A DNA stretch of 60,630 nt from a virus. A program made the position numbers and the translations under genes. The stretch lies in IMG/VR virus record IMGVR_UViG_3300046727_000269. One strand, written 5' to 3'. The notes under the pieces were generated by a model. It saw nothing but the letters and a program-made list of their open reading frames with translations, was not told the origin of the DNA and did not search any database. Shown piece after piece: positions 14,850 through 23,460 of the stretch (its first letter is position 1; every line of letters begins with the position of its first letter).

Positions 14850-15269
14850 TCATTGCACCTGTGCCTGGAGCTGAGTTAATACTGTTTTTACTGCTGTGAG
14901 TGCCGCCTGTACCGTCGCCTCCGTTGGGTTGGGGTTGGGGATCTGAAATCCCGTGAGGAGCACGATAATCTTTTGTTTCTGTACAGGCCACGAGTCGGAG
15001 GAGGCAATCTCCATCTCCACCTTGTCACTGACGAGGGTTGCCGACACGGACCAATCCTCAATCTGTTTCGTATTCCCCGCCGACAGTTTTCCCTGGTCCC
15101 TCATTGCAATGGATGTTTTCACCAATGCGTTGATGGAATCGGCCAACGTCTTGTTGATGTTGTGGGCCTGAGTCTGTGGGGAGTTGGTGACGGGGGAAGG
15201 GGTGGTGGCGGTAGGGGTGCCACATCCTACTAGCCCGAGGGTGATTACGAGTACCAAAAGAGTTTTCAT
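14850..15269 (-). CDS. Lipoprotein (139 aa)
   Basis: MKTLLVLVITLGLVGCGTP lipobox; ATG lies 8 nt after the mirrored motif variant with a GAAAAGGAAAAC RBS. Confidence 0.7.
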   Translation of the reverse strand: MKTLLVLVITLGLVGCGTPTATTPSPVTNSPQTQAHNINKTLADSINALVKTSIAMRDQGKLSAGNTKQIEDWSVSATLVSDKVEMEIASSDSWPVQKQKIIVLLTGFQIPNPNPTEATVQAALTAVKTVLTQLQAQVQ

Positions 15270-15277
15270 GTTTTCCT

Positions 15278-15290
15278 TTTCACCGGGAAA
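15278..15290 (+). promoter_or_regulatory. Motif variant TTTCACCGGGAAA (mirrored relative to gene direction)
   Basis: One mismatch (centre C). The minus strand reads TTTCCCGGTGAAA, contains the TGA stop of 15280..15786 and lies 8 nt before ATG 15269. Confidence 0.5.
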
Positions 15291-15786
15291 GAATCAGGAT
15301 ACCTACCAGAGTTGCGACACCCAACGCCATCATAGCACCTGGGTTGGAAGAAATGTCGGAGGGCGGGGACACGGAGGAATCGATAGGGAGGGGGCTACTA
15401 CCTGAGTCCGTGATGAGGGACTGGACACTCGTGCTCGGGTCCACCCCAAGGGCATTGGCAATCGACGCGGCGTAGGCCGGGGCATTCCCTCCCTGCCCAC
15501 TGCCCAACCATGAGTACGTTAGGTCCGAAATACTATCTCCCCGTGCCGCATCCACCTGGATCTGGTGTTGGAGGGCGGCGTAACCAGTAGCGTAGTCCGG
15601 GAACTTGGCGAATCCCCCGGCACCTGGGATGGCACCGAATGCCGACGCGTAATAGCTCGTGTACACGAGGTTTCCAGGGTTGTTGTTGACGTAAGCCAGT
15701 GACCCTGGGTAGTACCCTTCCACTTGTTGGATCGTCCCAGCTATCGTGTCGAGTGCTCCGGGGATTCCTAGCCCAAAGAGCCGCAT
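15280..15786 (-). CDS. NNNPGNL-motif protein with C-terminal membrane anchor (168 aa)
   Basis: MRLFGLGIPG N-terminus; YVNNNPGNLVY...FAKFPDYATGYAALQHQI; C-terminal MMALGVATLVGILIL. Confidence 0.6.
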   Translation of the reverse strand: MRLFGLGIPGALDTIAGTIQQVEGYYPGSLAYVNNNPGNLVYTSYYASAFGAIPGAGGFAKFPDYATGYAALQHQIQVDAARGDSISDLTYSWLGSGQGGNAPAYAASIANALGVDPSTSVQSLITDSGSSPLPIDSSVSPPSDISSNPGAMMALGVATLVGILILSR

Positions 15787-15789
15787 CGG

Positions 15790-16044
15790 TTACCTTAGTA
15801 GTACCGTCCGTTGGAACTCTTCAAGCCGTGTAATCCCCTTGCCATCTCCAAGTGGGTAATCGTCATAACACATGTGGGGCTTCAGTTCACGGATTGCATT
15901 TCCCAAAGACACGTATAGGCTAATCGCTTCGTCAGCGGACATGAACGCTTGAAATCCTCCGTCATTTTCTAGGACTATTATCGAACCTTTGTCGGTAGCC
16001 CTAGCTACTATGGCGGCGTTCTCTTGACTTAACGTCATGCTCAC
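15790..16044 (-). CDS. Hypothetical protein (84 aa)
   Basis: ORF track. Confidence 0.5.
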   Translation of the reverse strand: MSMTLSQENAAIVARATDKGSIIVLENDGGFQAFMSADEAISLYVSLGNAIRELKPHMCYDDYPLGDGKGITRLEEFQRTVLLR

Positions 16045-16053
16045 GAGGTTATT

Positions 16054-16764
16054 CTACCTCAATACGGTGGTGAGGGGGGACAACGTGGCGGGGCCAAAAC
16101 ACTCTCTTCGGTAGAACGGCTCCTGTGATGGATCGTGCCCCACGTACCACTCATACTTCCGTTCCCGCTCGGCCTTGTCCAGGTACCCATAGTGTAGGAG
16201 TCGGATCGGTTCCGGCTCGTGCAATCGTGGCTCACAGGAGATATGGGAGACGGGGACACTGGTAGGGTGCAGAGGGCCGGAATGATTCCTAAACTCCATG
16301 TCGGGCCGGATCAAACGGAATATCGACGGCCTGTAACATTTCGCATAGTGCCCATCCGTTCGTACCGCGTTCACCGAGTCCCACAGGTAAAGGATCTGTA
16401 CCGTCCAATGATTCATCACGTGGCCGAGGGACGAGAGGTAGAGCTTAGGGCGATCCTCCTCCACTAACACCTCATCCCCGTCAATTGAGAATACCCAATA
16501 CTGTGACCCTGGCCCGATCCAATCGAGGGGGATGGTGCTGGTGATGGCCCTCAGTAACCACGTCTTGTCACGCGCCTCGTCCAAGCCAGTGAACGGGGAA
16601 AGGAAATACCGGCACTTGTCATAGGCGTGGATGATGTCGGGGGTCGAGTCGGTGGAATGGTCGTCAAGGACGAAGATTTTGTCACAGACCGGGAGGATGG
16701 ATTGGAGGCACTGGTGGAGGTATTTTTCTTCGTTGAATACACGGAGCATTCCGTAGACGGGCAC
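16054..16764 (-). CDS. Family-2 glycosyltransferase
   Basis: YGMLRVFNEEKYLHQCLQSILPVCDKIFVLDDHSTDSTPDI; paralog of 16919..17686. Confidence 0.8.
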   Translation of the reverse strand: MPVYGMLRVFNEEKYLHQCLQSILPVCDKIFVLDDHSTDSTPDIIHAYDKCRYFLSPFTGLDEARDKTWLLRAITSTIPLDWIGPGSQYWVFSIDGDEVLVEEDRPKLYLSSLGHVMNHWTVQILYLWDSVNAVRTDGHYAKCYRPSIFRLIRPDMEFRNHSGPLHPTSVPVSHISCEPRLHEPEPIRLLHYGYLDKAERERKYEWYVGHDPSQEPFYRRECFGPATLSPLTTVLR

Positions 16765-16922
16765 TACTTTTCTCTCCGATCTAGTGGAGTGAACTCAACA
16801 CACTCACATCCCGATATGATGCAGGGCCAAGGTTGGTCTCTATAAATGTCGTGGCACGCTATCGTGTGCCCACAATGAATGCACTGGTCGGAAATCAACG
16901 TGGGCATGTCCGGTTCAATCAT
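16764..16922 (-). CDS. Small zinc-binding protein with CxxCGH...PCxxxxCxC motif (52 aa)
   Basis: MIEPDMPTLISDQCIHCGHTIACHDIYRDQPWPCIISGCECVEF; ATGA overlap with the upstream gene. Confidence 0.55.
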   Translation of the reverse strand: MIEPDMPTLISDQCIHCGHTIACHDIYRDQPWPCIISGCECVEFTPLDRREK

Positions 16923-17686
16923 CCTACTTTCTCCACTCTCAACGGCCCCGCCCACTTCAACTTCGCTTCCCTCGGCACCCACACCACGTCCCCTTGAACA
17001 ATATGCCGGTACCCATCCTCCGTCATATTCTCCGGGTCAATCTGGTTGTACCATTTATATTTCCGCAACCGATCCTCCTTGTCCATGTACCCGTAATGCA
17101 GGAGTCGGGCTGGGCTCGGGCACGAGTGGTGCAAAAGCTCCTGTGGAATGTTTGAGCAGTGAAAGTTAGCCCCGTTCCCCCAGGGGGTGGACATGTAGGT
17201 AAAGGCGCGGTTCATCAGGCGAAACAGGGACGGACGCCGAAACTCCCCATACACCCCGTCCACCCTCACCTGATCCGGGGAATCCCATAGGTATAGGATT
17301 CTCGGGCTATGCACGTGCTGTGGGCCTTTCACGGCGTCGGCAAGTATCTCCCAGTCACCCGCCGCCAACTCCTCGTCACCGTCTATCGCAAGGCACCAGT
17401 AGGGGGAGGCTTCGTTGCCACTCAGGTAGTGTTGATCTCCGTTGGGGACCTTGCCGAAGAGTTTTTGCAGGAGCCAATTTTTATCGCGGGACTCATCGAG
17501 GCCGACGAACTCGGACCTGTATACCGTGGTGCAGGGAAGGCCCTCGCAGATTTCTACGGTATTGTCTGCTGATCCGTCGTCCAAAACAAACACCCAGGAA
17601 CACAGGGGCAATATCGAGTGGATTACCCGTGCGATCCACCGGCCTTCGTTTTTCACACGCAACATGCCGAACACGGTAGGTGTCAT
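16919..17686 (-). CDS. Family-2 glycosyltransferase
   Basis: FGMLRVKNEGRWIARVIHSILPLCSWVFVLDDGSADNTVEI. Confidence 0.8.
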   Translation of the reverse strand: MTPTVFGMLRVKNEGRWIARVIHSILPLCSWVFVLDDGSADNTVEICEGLPCTTVYRSEFVGLDESRDKNWLLQKLFGKVPNGDQHYLSGNEASPYWCLAIDGDEELAAGDWEILADAVKGPQHVHSPRILYLWDSPDQVRVDGVYGEFRRPSLFRLMNRAFTYMSTPWGNGANFHCSNIPQELLHHSCPSPARLLHYGYMDKEDRLRKYKWYNQIDPENMTEDGYRHIVQGDVVWVPREAKLKWAGPLRVEKVG

Positions 17687-17874
17687 AGTCCATGTCGTAT
17701 AAAAAACTCTTCGTCCAGGATATCGGAGATCCGAACACCAGTCCGTTTAACGTCCTGTGGCCGGACAGGATTGTTGGCGGGATTCTTGGCCGCTTTCTTC
17801 CCAGCCTTCCGTTTCATGGCGGAGACTTGGCCGGGGGAAAGTTTCTTTTTTACCCTAGATAATTCTGTTGCCAT
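17683..17874 (-). CDS. Small basic protein (63 aa)
   Basis: ORF track; KKKLSPGQVSAMKRKAGKKAAKNPANNPVRP; overlaps the upstream gene end by 20 nt. Confidence 0.4.
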   Translation of the reverse strand: MATELSRVKKKLSPGQVSAMKRKAGKKAAKNPANNPVRPQDVKRTGVRISDILDEEFFIRHGL

Positions 17875-18718
17875 AAAACCCCCTGGGCCGTGGCACCTTA
17901 ATCAGATCCCACTCGGTGCCATCGATCACCACCGTCTCGGGGGATGCGTTCAGCCCCGGCAACTTGCTCTTAAAATACTTCTCCATGTGGAGGGCATTCG
18001 TGTTCCAGTCGAGTACCCTCAACACATTCTCGGAATGGTAGTTCACGTTCTTCCCACAGAAGTATGCCAACTCTTCATTCATCCACCGCACGATCCCGGC
18101 ATTGATCCTCTCCAACGATTCAGGCGACCGGGAGGATGTCTCGTCGTGGGTGACAGCGACTTCTGGCACGCACGCTATCTGGTACCCGGCGATACGTAGC
18201 CTCCGACACCAGTTCACTTCCTCATGGTGGCCTATTTCCGTGTTGAACGGTCCCACCGTCCTCTGTGCCATTCTACTCGTGACCCAACAGAATCCAGCGG
18301 ACCAAAGACACTCGGTATATTGTCCATTGTTCACGGGGTAATGCCCGTGGCCGGGGAATACTAATCCGAGGGAGTGAAACCTGTCCAGGAATGAACACAG
18401 AGACTCGTCCCATCCTGGACTTTGGACATAAGCATCGTTATCGAGGTATCCGATGTATTCGGTGGTAGCCAATTGAAACAGTTTGTTGACGGCTCCTGCG
18501 TAACCAGAGTTGGCTTGGACAATAGGCACAATCCTACCGTCAGAGTTGCAAACCGTTTTAAGAACCTCTTGAGCATCCACACTCTCCTGTGAACCGTCGT
18601 CGTTATGAATAACAAAGAGTCGCCAGTCGGTGGTGCTGAATTGTTGCACGTACTGGATGGTCCGGCGTAACTTCTCGGGGGAACGGAAGGACGCGATGCC
18701 AATGTCTAGTCGTCGCAT
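17855..18718 (-). CDS. Family-2 glycosyltransferase
   Basis: LDIGIASFRSPEKLRRTIQYV...WRLFVIHNDDGSQES; DNDAY motif. Confidence 0.8.
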   Translation of the reverse strand: MRRLDIGIASFRSPEKLRRTIQYVQQFSTTDWRLFVIHNDDGSQESVDAQEVLKTVCNSDGRIVPIVQANSGYAGAVNKLFQLATTEYIGYLDNDAYVQSPGWDESLCSFLDRFHSLGLVFPGHGHYPVNNGQYTECLWSAGFCWVTSRMAQRTVGPFNTEIGHHEEVNWCRRLRIAGYQIACVPEVAVTHDETSSRSPESLERINAGIVRWMNEELAYFCGKNVNYHSENVLRVLDWNTNALHMEKYFKSKLPGLNASPETVVIDGTEWDLIKVPRPRGFYGNRII

Positions 18719-18724
18719 AAAACT

Positions 18725-18838
18725 TTAGGCACGTACGGAGTTTTTGTCCAGGCCCACCGACCGATAGCCGCCGTGTTGTAAGCCATTATCCATTGAATTG
18801 GATTTCGATAGAGAGCCGGGGTCCTCCAAGTCATCCAT
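18725..18838 (-). CDS. Small ORF (37 aa)
   Basis: MDDLEDPGSLSKSNSMDNG...; fills the gap between the two glycosyltransferase genes; weak evidence. Confidence 0.3.
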   Translation of the reverse strand: MDDLEDPGSLSKSNSMDNGLQHGGYRSVGLDKNSVRA

Positions 18839-18866
18839 AGCCAATTCACGTAGGCACGTATAAGTG

Positions 18867-19586
18867 TCATAATCCCATCTCCACCACGGCCCGTTGCAAC
18901 TCTTCAACACTCGGCTCCACCAGTTTCACCGCCCTCTCATTGACCTGTGGCATATCCGGGGTGAAGCTCACGATGATTTGTTTCTTGCCAAAGAGTGCCG
19001 CGACGTTGGTAAAACTCGATAGCACCCCAACGAACCCCGCCGACCCCAACACAGCATTCACCATCGCCTCGAATCCTTGGTTGGGCAACATCTCCCACCC
19101 CGGCCCCGGCTCGTACTCTCCAGGTAGCCCTACCGCTTTTACCGGCCTTGCGTACGTCACTTCCCTCACCACCATTCGGCAATTCTTCCAGTCGTGCCTT
19201 GTGTAAGGATGGACCACCGTATAGTCCCCGTCCACCACCTCGATCCCGTGGACTTCCAAAGGTTCCGCAAATCCCTCACACTCCCCTGCGTGGATGACTT
19301 GTTCCTGTGGGTACTCACTCGTCACAAATTTTAGGGCCGGTGATATTGCAAGGAACCCTTTACCCGGACAGAACTCGTGTTCCACCACGTCCGGGTCCTC
19401 AATCACCCTCTCTATTTTGTAATCCGCTCCCTTGACATACTTCTTCGCCCACTCCCATACAGGCAACGAGTAGGACCCTGAGACGAGATGTACGTCACGG
19501 TCCCGGCATAGGCCCACGACGGCGGGTAGGTGAGTCCAGGAGTCACCCATGAGGAACCCAACGGAAGAGACTACAATTGGTGTCAC
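18867..19586 (-). CDS. GT9-like (heptosyltransferase-type) glycosyltransferase
   Basis: SVGFLMGDSWTHLPAVVGL near the N-terminus and GFVGVLSSFTNVAALFGKKQIIVSF near the C-terminus resemble GT9 patterns; GTG 19586 overlaps the upstream stop (GTGA). Confidence 0.55.
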   Translation of the reverse strand: MTPIVVSSVGFLMGDSWTHLPAVVGLCRDRDVHLVSGSYSLPVWEWAKKYVKGADYKIERVIEDPDVVEHEFCPGKGFLAISPALKFVTSEYPQEQVIHAGECEGFAEPLEVHGIEVVDGDYTVVHPYTRHDWKNCRMVVREVTYARPVKAVGLPGEYEPGPGWEMLPNQGFEAMVNAVLGSAGFVGVLSSFTNVAALFGKKQIIVSFTPDMPQVNERAVKLVEPSVEELQRAVVEMGL

Positions 19587-20203
19587 ACCTTCTCCAGTAA
19601 CGCCATGGGAAACACGGGCTCCCCTCCCGAGTCCAGTTGCCGCCACCCGTTCTGAAGCAGGTATGGGATGAGGAAAATGCCCTTGCCGTCGTACGTTACC
19701 GGGTCGGTATCGTCAATCAGCATCAGACTCCCCGGTACGAAGCAAGCCGGGTCGAACTGTTTGTGCAGTTCAATGTAAAAAGACGGGATCTCCGGGTGAC
19801 GTTTCACGAACGCTTTATAATCGTTCTCACAGATCAACTCGAATCCCGCATCCACGTACAGCAACGCGATGGGCTCGTGCAGGCCAGGGACCCAATCGTA
19901 GGCATCGCCTAGGGTAATCTCCGGGAGTGCCGAGTACTCGGGGATGTAGGTTTCGAGGATCGTCCTGCAATTCCTCACCGCCCCTTCTCGGACATCGATG
20001 GACTTGATCCGCGCCCCGTACTTCCCCGCGTACCATGCGTACGCCAACATCGCGTTACCAAGTCCGTTGGGGTTGTAGGATTCGGAAGTGCCGATTTCAA
20101 CGATCAAGGGGTTGCCGCCCACTCTTCTTTCGTTGACCAATTCCAGTGTCCGCTTCAACGTCTTCTCCCGGCCAAAAGGCGGGTGCCCGGTCCAGTCAAT
20201 CAT
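19583..20203 (-). CDS. Class I SAM-dependent methyltransferase-like protein
   Basis: Start taken at ATG 20203 (MIDWTGHPPF), 12 nt after the motif; LIVEIGTSESY motif I-like, LLYVDAG. Confidence 0.6.
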   Translation of the reverse strand: MIDWTGHPPFGREKTLKRTLELVNERRVGGNPLIVEIGTSESYNPNGLGNAMLAYAWYAGKYGARIKSIDVREGAVRNCRTILETYIPEYSALPEITLGDAYDWVPGLHEPIALLYVDAGFELICENDYKAFVKRHPEIPSFYIELHKQFDPACFVPGSLMLIDDTDPVTYDGKGIFLIPYLLQNGWRQLDSGGEPVFPMALLEKV

Positions 20204-20613
20204 TTTGTGCCTCCCTTTCCCTGTGAAAAAGACCATTCCCAATTCTTCACTTCATGCTCGTCCTGGTCGTCGGGTCGCCACGCGGGACTCGGCATGTTGA
20301 GGACGTAGGCAAACCCATCCCCCTCGTTGTACAGTGCGGCGGGGACTCCAGGACTCACGGGGATAGGGTCGTCCTCTTCATCCACCACGGTACTGATGTA
20401 GACCCCTTGGCTAGTCCGTATCACGAGGTGGACTGTGCCTAGGATCACCTTAAACAACCCCCGACGTTTCATGTGGAGGTGTGGGCCTTTCACTGTGAAA
20501 GGTGAAATCACCGTCAAGTACACTTGGTCAACTGGTGGGCCGTCCAGCACGTTCCAAATCGGGACGAGATATCCGTTTATCTTACCGTCACTCCCTTTCG
20601 TCTCAATTTTCAT
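20200..20613 (-). CDS. Cupin-fold sugar epimerase/isomerase (RmlC or WxcM/FdtA-like)
   Basis: 137 aa; KGPHLHMKRRGLFKVILGTVHLVI; neighbours are nucleotide-sugar enzymes; last codons contain motif copy 20216-20228. Confidence 0.6.
   Translation of the reverse strand: MKIETKGSDGKINGYLVPIWNVLDGPPVDQVYLTVISPFTVKGPHLHMKRRGLFKVILGTVHLVIRTSQGVYISTVVDEEDDPIPVSPGVPAALYNEGDGFAYVLNMPSPAWRPDDQDEHEVKNWEWSFSQGKGGTK
20216..20228 (-). promoter_or_regulatory. TTTCACAGGGAAA motif, exact copy, gene sense
   Basis: Embedded in the last codons (FSQGKGGTK*) of the cupin gene; 12 nt before ATG 20203. Confidence 0.65.
20488..20500. promoter_or_regulatory. Motif variant TTTCACTGTGAAA (perfect 6-1-6 palindrome)
   Basis: One mismatch to the main motif; lies inside the cupin coding sequence. 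Confidence 0.35.
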
Positions 20614-22181
20614 AACGGTTTCCTATACCAATTGCTCGACTCCTGTACGAACCCGATGGAGTTGAGCAATGGGTCCCAGTCCTTTTCAAAATGATCGTTC
20701 ACGGTCAGGTGCATGGGAATACTCCCCTGTGGGCCACTACCACAATTGAAGGCGTTTTGTGCGAAAAACAATCCCCCCGGCACCAAGTTTCCGTAGATGG
20801 CCCGTACCCACTCCTCGACATTAGGAACGTGCTCCAGGAAGTCCGCCGACACGATAGCATCGAATGCCCCTAGTGGGATGTCAAAGTCAAGCCTATCTCC
20901 GGGATAGCTGATGGGAGTGAAGGTGCCCGTCTCTAGCAACTGAATCACGTGCCCACGCATCTGGAAACTGGACTCGGCAAAGTTGGCAATCCGGCTCCAG
21001 TAGAGGTCGTTGTAGCACGGCGACATCCCGGCCTGCGCCACGGCAAGGGATAAGTCCCCGGTCCCGTCCCCGAGGCATAGTACCGTTTTCTTCCCGTCCG
21101 CCTTCAACCTGTCCACGATCCCCTTGCACATCCCCACGTAGTTGAATCCAGGATGCACGTGGTACGCCGTCAACTCCCAGATGTACGCCTCCGTCTCTCG
21201 GTACCACGCCGTCAACTCTTCGTCAGTCGTAGGATTGGCCCGCCTAAAATCCTCTGCCACCTCCCCGTGCAAAGTGCCAAACCCACTCTCCAGCTTTTGC
21301 AAACACGTCTCGTGTGGCAGGTGGAGGAACGCGGCAATCTCTTTCGACTTGTAATGCACGTCATCGGCCTGTCTTGATTCCCACTCTTGACGAAGACGGA
21401 TCAGACCGTTAGCCAGAGATACCGTGTGGTACGATCCCACCTCGTACGGTCCCGTCGTGTCCAGAGGCCGAGGCGCTAATCCCGGTAGATCCTCGTGCTT
21501 CACCGGAACCACGTCCTGGTTGCTTGCCAAGAGCACCGCCAATTCGTACCGGGATACTCGCGTGGGGCCACCTACGTAGTGGATGGACCGCGTAGGAGGG
21601 GCTTGACACAGCTTCCAAATCATCTCCGCCACGTCCCACGCAAATGCGACGGCAAAGTATCTGTCGTCTACCGATTGGTGCTCTTGGCCTGCCAACATTC
21701 TTTCAGCGGGATTCTCTCGCCCTATGCCGGGGAAGGGGCGAATACCAAGGACGAAGGTGGGGCGGACGATGGTGTAGTTACTGTACCCACCAAACGCTAA
21801 GTAGTCATCCGCTTTACGTTTTTGCTCACCATAAGCATTCACGGGGTCCAGTGCCGCTTGACTACTTGCATGGATCAGGTGTTTGTTGTGGGTATCACAC
21901 CATGTCACCAGAGCATCAACAAGGTCACAGTTCACTTCCCAATATCTCACTGATGGACTCTGCTCTACTACATCCGGCCTACTCTCACCGGCCAAGTTTA
22001 CAACCACGTCTGGCATCAACTCATTCAATAAGTCGTCAGGTTCATTCACACGGAATGCGTCAAATCCCCGGTACAAATGGCTCTCAGTCCTCCGTGTGAA
22101 TGTGGCGTCCACTCCCACTGGCACCGACACGTGCAAATGTTGACCGATGATACCCCCGGCCCCGATCACTACCACTTTCAT
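20610..22181 (-). CDS. Fusion protein: NAD(P)-dependent sugar reductase/epimerase (RmlD-like) + SAM methyltransferase
   Basis: Start ATG 22181 (ATGA overlap); MKVVVIGAGGIIGQHL Rossmann motif; C-terminal half has VLCLGDGTGDLSLAVAQAG and LVPGGLFFAQ methyltransferase motifs. Confidence 0.75.
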   Translation of the reverse strand: MKVVVIGAGGIIGQHLHVSVPVGVDATFTRRTESHLYRGFDAFRVNEPDDLLNELMPDVVVNLAGESRPDVVEQSPSVRYWEVNCDLVDALVTWCDTHNKHLIHASSQAALDPVNAYGEQKRKADDYLAFGGYSNYTIVRPTFVLGIRPFPGIGRENPAERMLAGQEHQSVDDRYFAVAFAWDVAEMIWKLCQAPPTRSIHYVGGPTRVSRYELAVLLASNQDVVPVKHEDLPGLAPRPLDTTGPYEVGSYHTVSLANGLIRLRQEWESRQADDVHYKSKEIAAFLHLPHETCLQKLESGFGTLHGEVAEDFRRANPTTDEELTAWYRETEAYIWELTAYHVHPGFNYVGMCKGIVDRLKADGKKTVLCLGDGTGDLSLAVAQAGMSPCYNDLYWSRIANFAESSFQMRGHVIQLLETGTFTPISYPGDRLDFDIPLGAFDAIVSADFLEHVPNVEEWVRAIYGNLVPGGLFFAQNAFNCGSGPQGSIPMHLTVNDHFEKDWDPLLNSIGFVQESSNWYRKPL

Positions 22182-22924
22182 ACCGTCACCTCCGGGAACA
22201 ATGCCGCCCACTCGCTCTCTTCCCTCTTCTTCCCATGATTATCCACTCCCCATTTCTCGATGAAGAGTTTCAGGTTGGGTTTGAAGTCGGCGGGTTGGCC
22301 TGAACGAAAAGAGGAGCGAAGTGTGGAGTGGTCCACGTAGCAGAGGTCGTACACCCCAATCTTCAACCCTGCCTCTCGCACCGCTGCACAAAAGTCATCG
22401 TCCTCGACAGCGTAATCTACATACCGTTCATCGAGGAGTCCAGGGTAAGGTTCTGTTTTGAGGGGGAGATTGAATGTATGGCGAGGGATGTACACACAGA
22501 GGAAACAAACCATCCGGGGCTCATCCCTCAACCCCTTCCTATCCCCGTATGGCCTTACCGTTTGGTTCGGATTCCCTGCCGCGTCCGTTACTGCCGCGAT
22601 CACCCCATACTCAGGGTTGGCCTTACTCACGGCTTCCATCTTCGTGAACCCGTCCGGTGTCTTGAGAATGGCATCGTCATTCAACAGAATCACGTCATCG
22701 TCCCCCGCCGCTCGAATCCCAATGTTGGCGTTGCGGGCAAAGATGAAAGGCTTCTCCCCAGCCACGTATCGAATCAACCCGGACGTAGGGTACTCAGCAT
22801 ACACACCTTCCAACCCATCGTCCACAACAATGATCTTGGCGTCGGGCTCATTGGACCTGACGGCACCTACACAGGTTCTTAGGTTGTTGATGTTCTTGCT
22901 CAGTATAACGACGGAAAATCCCAC
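22178..22924 (-). CDS. Family-2 glycosyltransferase
   Basis: FSVVILSKNINNLRTCVGAVRSNEPDAKIIVVDDGLEG; GTG start 15 nt after the motif. Confidence 0.8.
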   Translation of the reverse strand: MGFSVVILSKNINNLRTCVGAVRSNEPDAKIIVVDDGLEGVYAEYPTSGLIRYVAGEKPFIFARNANIGIRAAGDDDVILLNDDAILKTPDGFTKMEAVSKANPEYGVIAAVTDAAGNPNQTVRPYGDRKGLRDEPRMVCFLCVYIPRHTFNLPLKTEPYPGLLDERYVDYAVEDDDFCAAVREAGLKIGVYDLCYVDHSTLRSSFRSGQPADFKPNLKLFIEKWGVDNHGKKREESEWAALFPEVTV

Positions 22925-22939
22925 ACGTGTACCTACCCT

Positions 22940-22952
22940 TTTCCCTGTGAAA
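22940..22952 (-). promoter_or_regulatory. TTTCACAGGGAAA motif, exact copy, gene sense
   Basis: In the 71-nt gap heading the glycosylation operon; 15 nt before GTG 22924. Confidence 0.7.
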
Positions 22953-22995
22953 GACTATTGAGCTTTACCCGTTCTACGTGCTCGGGGACAGTCTA

Positions 22996-23460
22996 TCACT
23001 TGATGCACTCAAGCACAACTCTTATTTTCCACACTTCCTCGTACGCGTCCTGGTAGGCCGTTTCCCCAATCTCCAGGATCTTGAACCTCGCGGTAATTCC
23101 GTACAGGCCCGCGAGCCGATTCACCGCAAAGCTCCCCGCCTCGTAGTACTGGAAACTATTGAGGCACCACCCCGACTTATGCGTAGGGTCCTGCCAGTAC
23201 CCGGCACCTCGGCTCGCGTTGGGGGTGATAATCTCTACCCTCGCCCCCGCCCCCATCACCCGGTGAAGCTCATTCATGAAGTGGATGCGGTCGGCAATGT
23301 GCTCGATGATGTCGTGGGCAATTACTTCCGTTACCGACGACGTTTCCCAGGGCCAAGGGAGGGACAGGTCCACAATCGCGTCGGCGGGAGGCCCTACGTC
23401 CACGTTAGTAAATCCAGGGAGGAGGATATCCGCACAACCGAGGTTCAGTTTCTTAATCAT
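22996..23460 (-). CDS. SAM-dependent methyltransferase (Methyltransf_11-like)
   Basis: 154 aa; KLNLGCADILLPGFTNVD...VTEVIAHDIIEHI...ELHRVMGAGARVEIITP. Confidence 0.7.
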   Translation of the reverse strand: MIKKLNLGCADILLPGFTNVDVGPPADAIVDLSLPWPWETSSVTEVIAHDIIEHIADRIHFMNELHRVMGAGARVEIITPNASRGAGYWQDPTHKSGWCLNSFQYYEAGSFAVNRLAGLYGITARFKILEIGETAYQDAYEEVWKIRVVLECIK

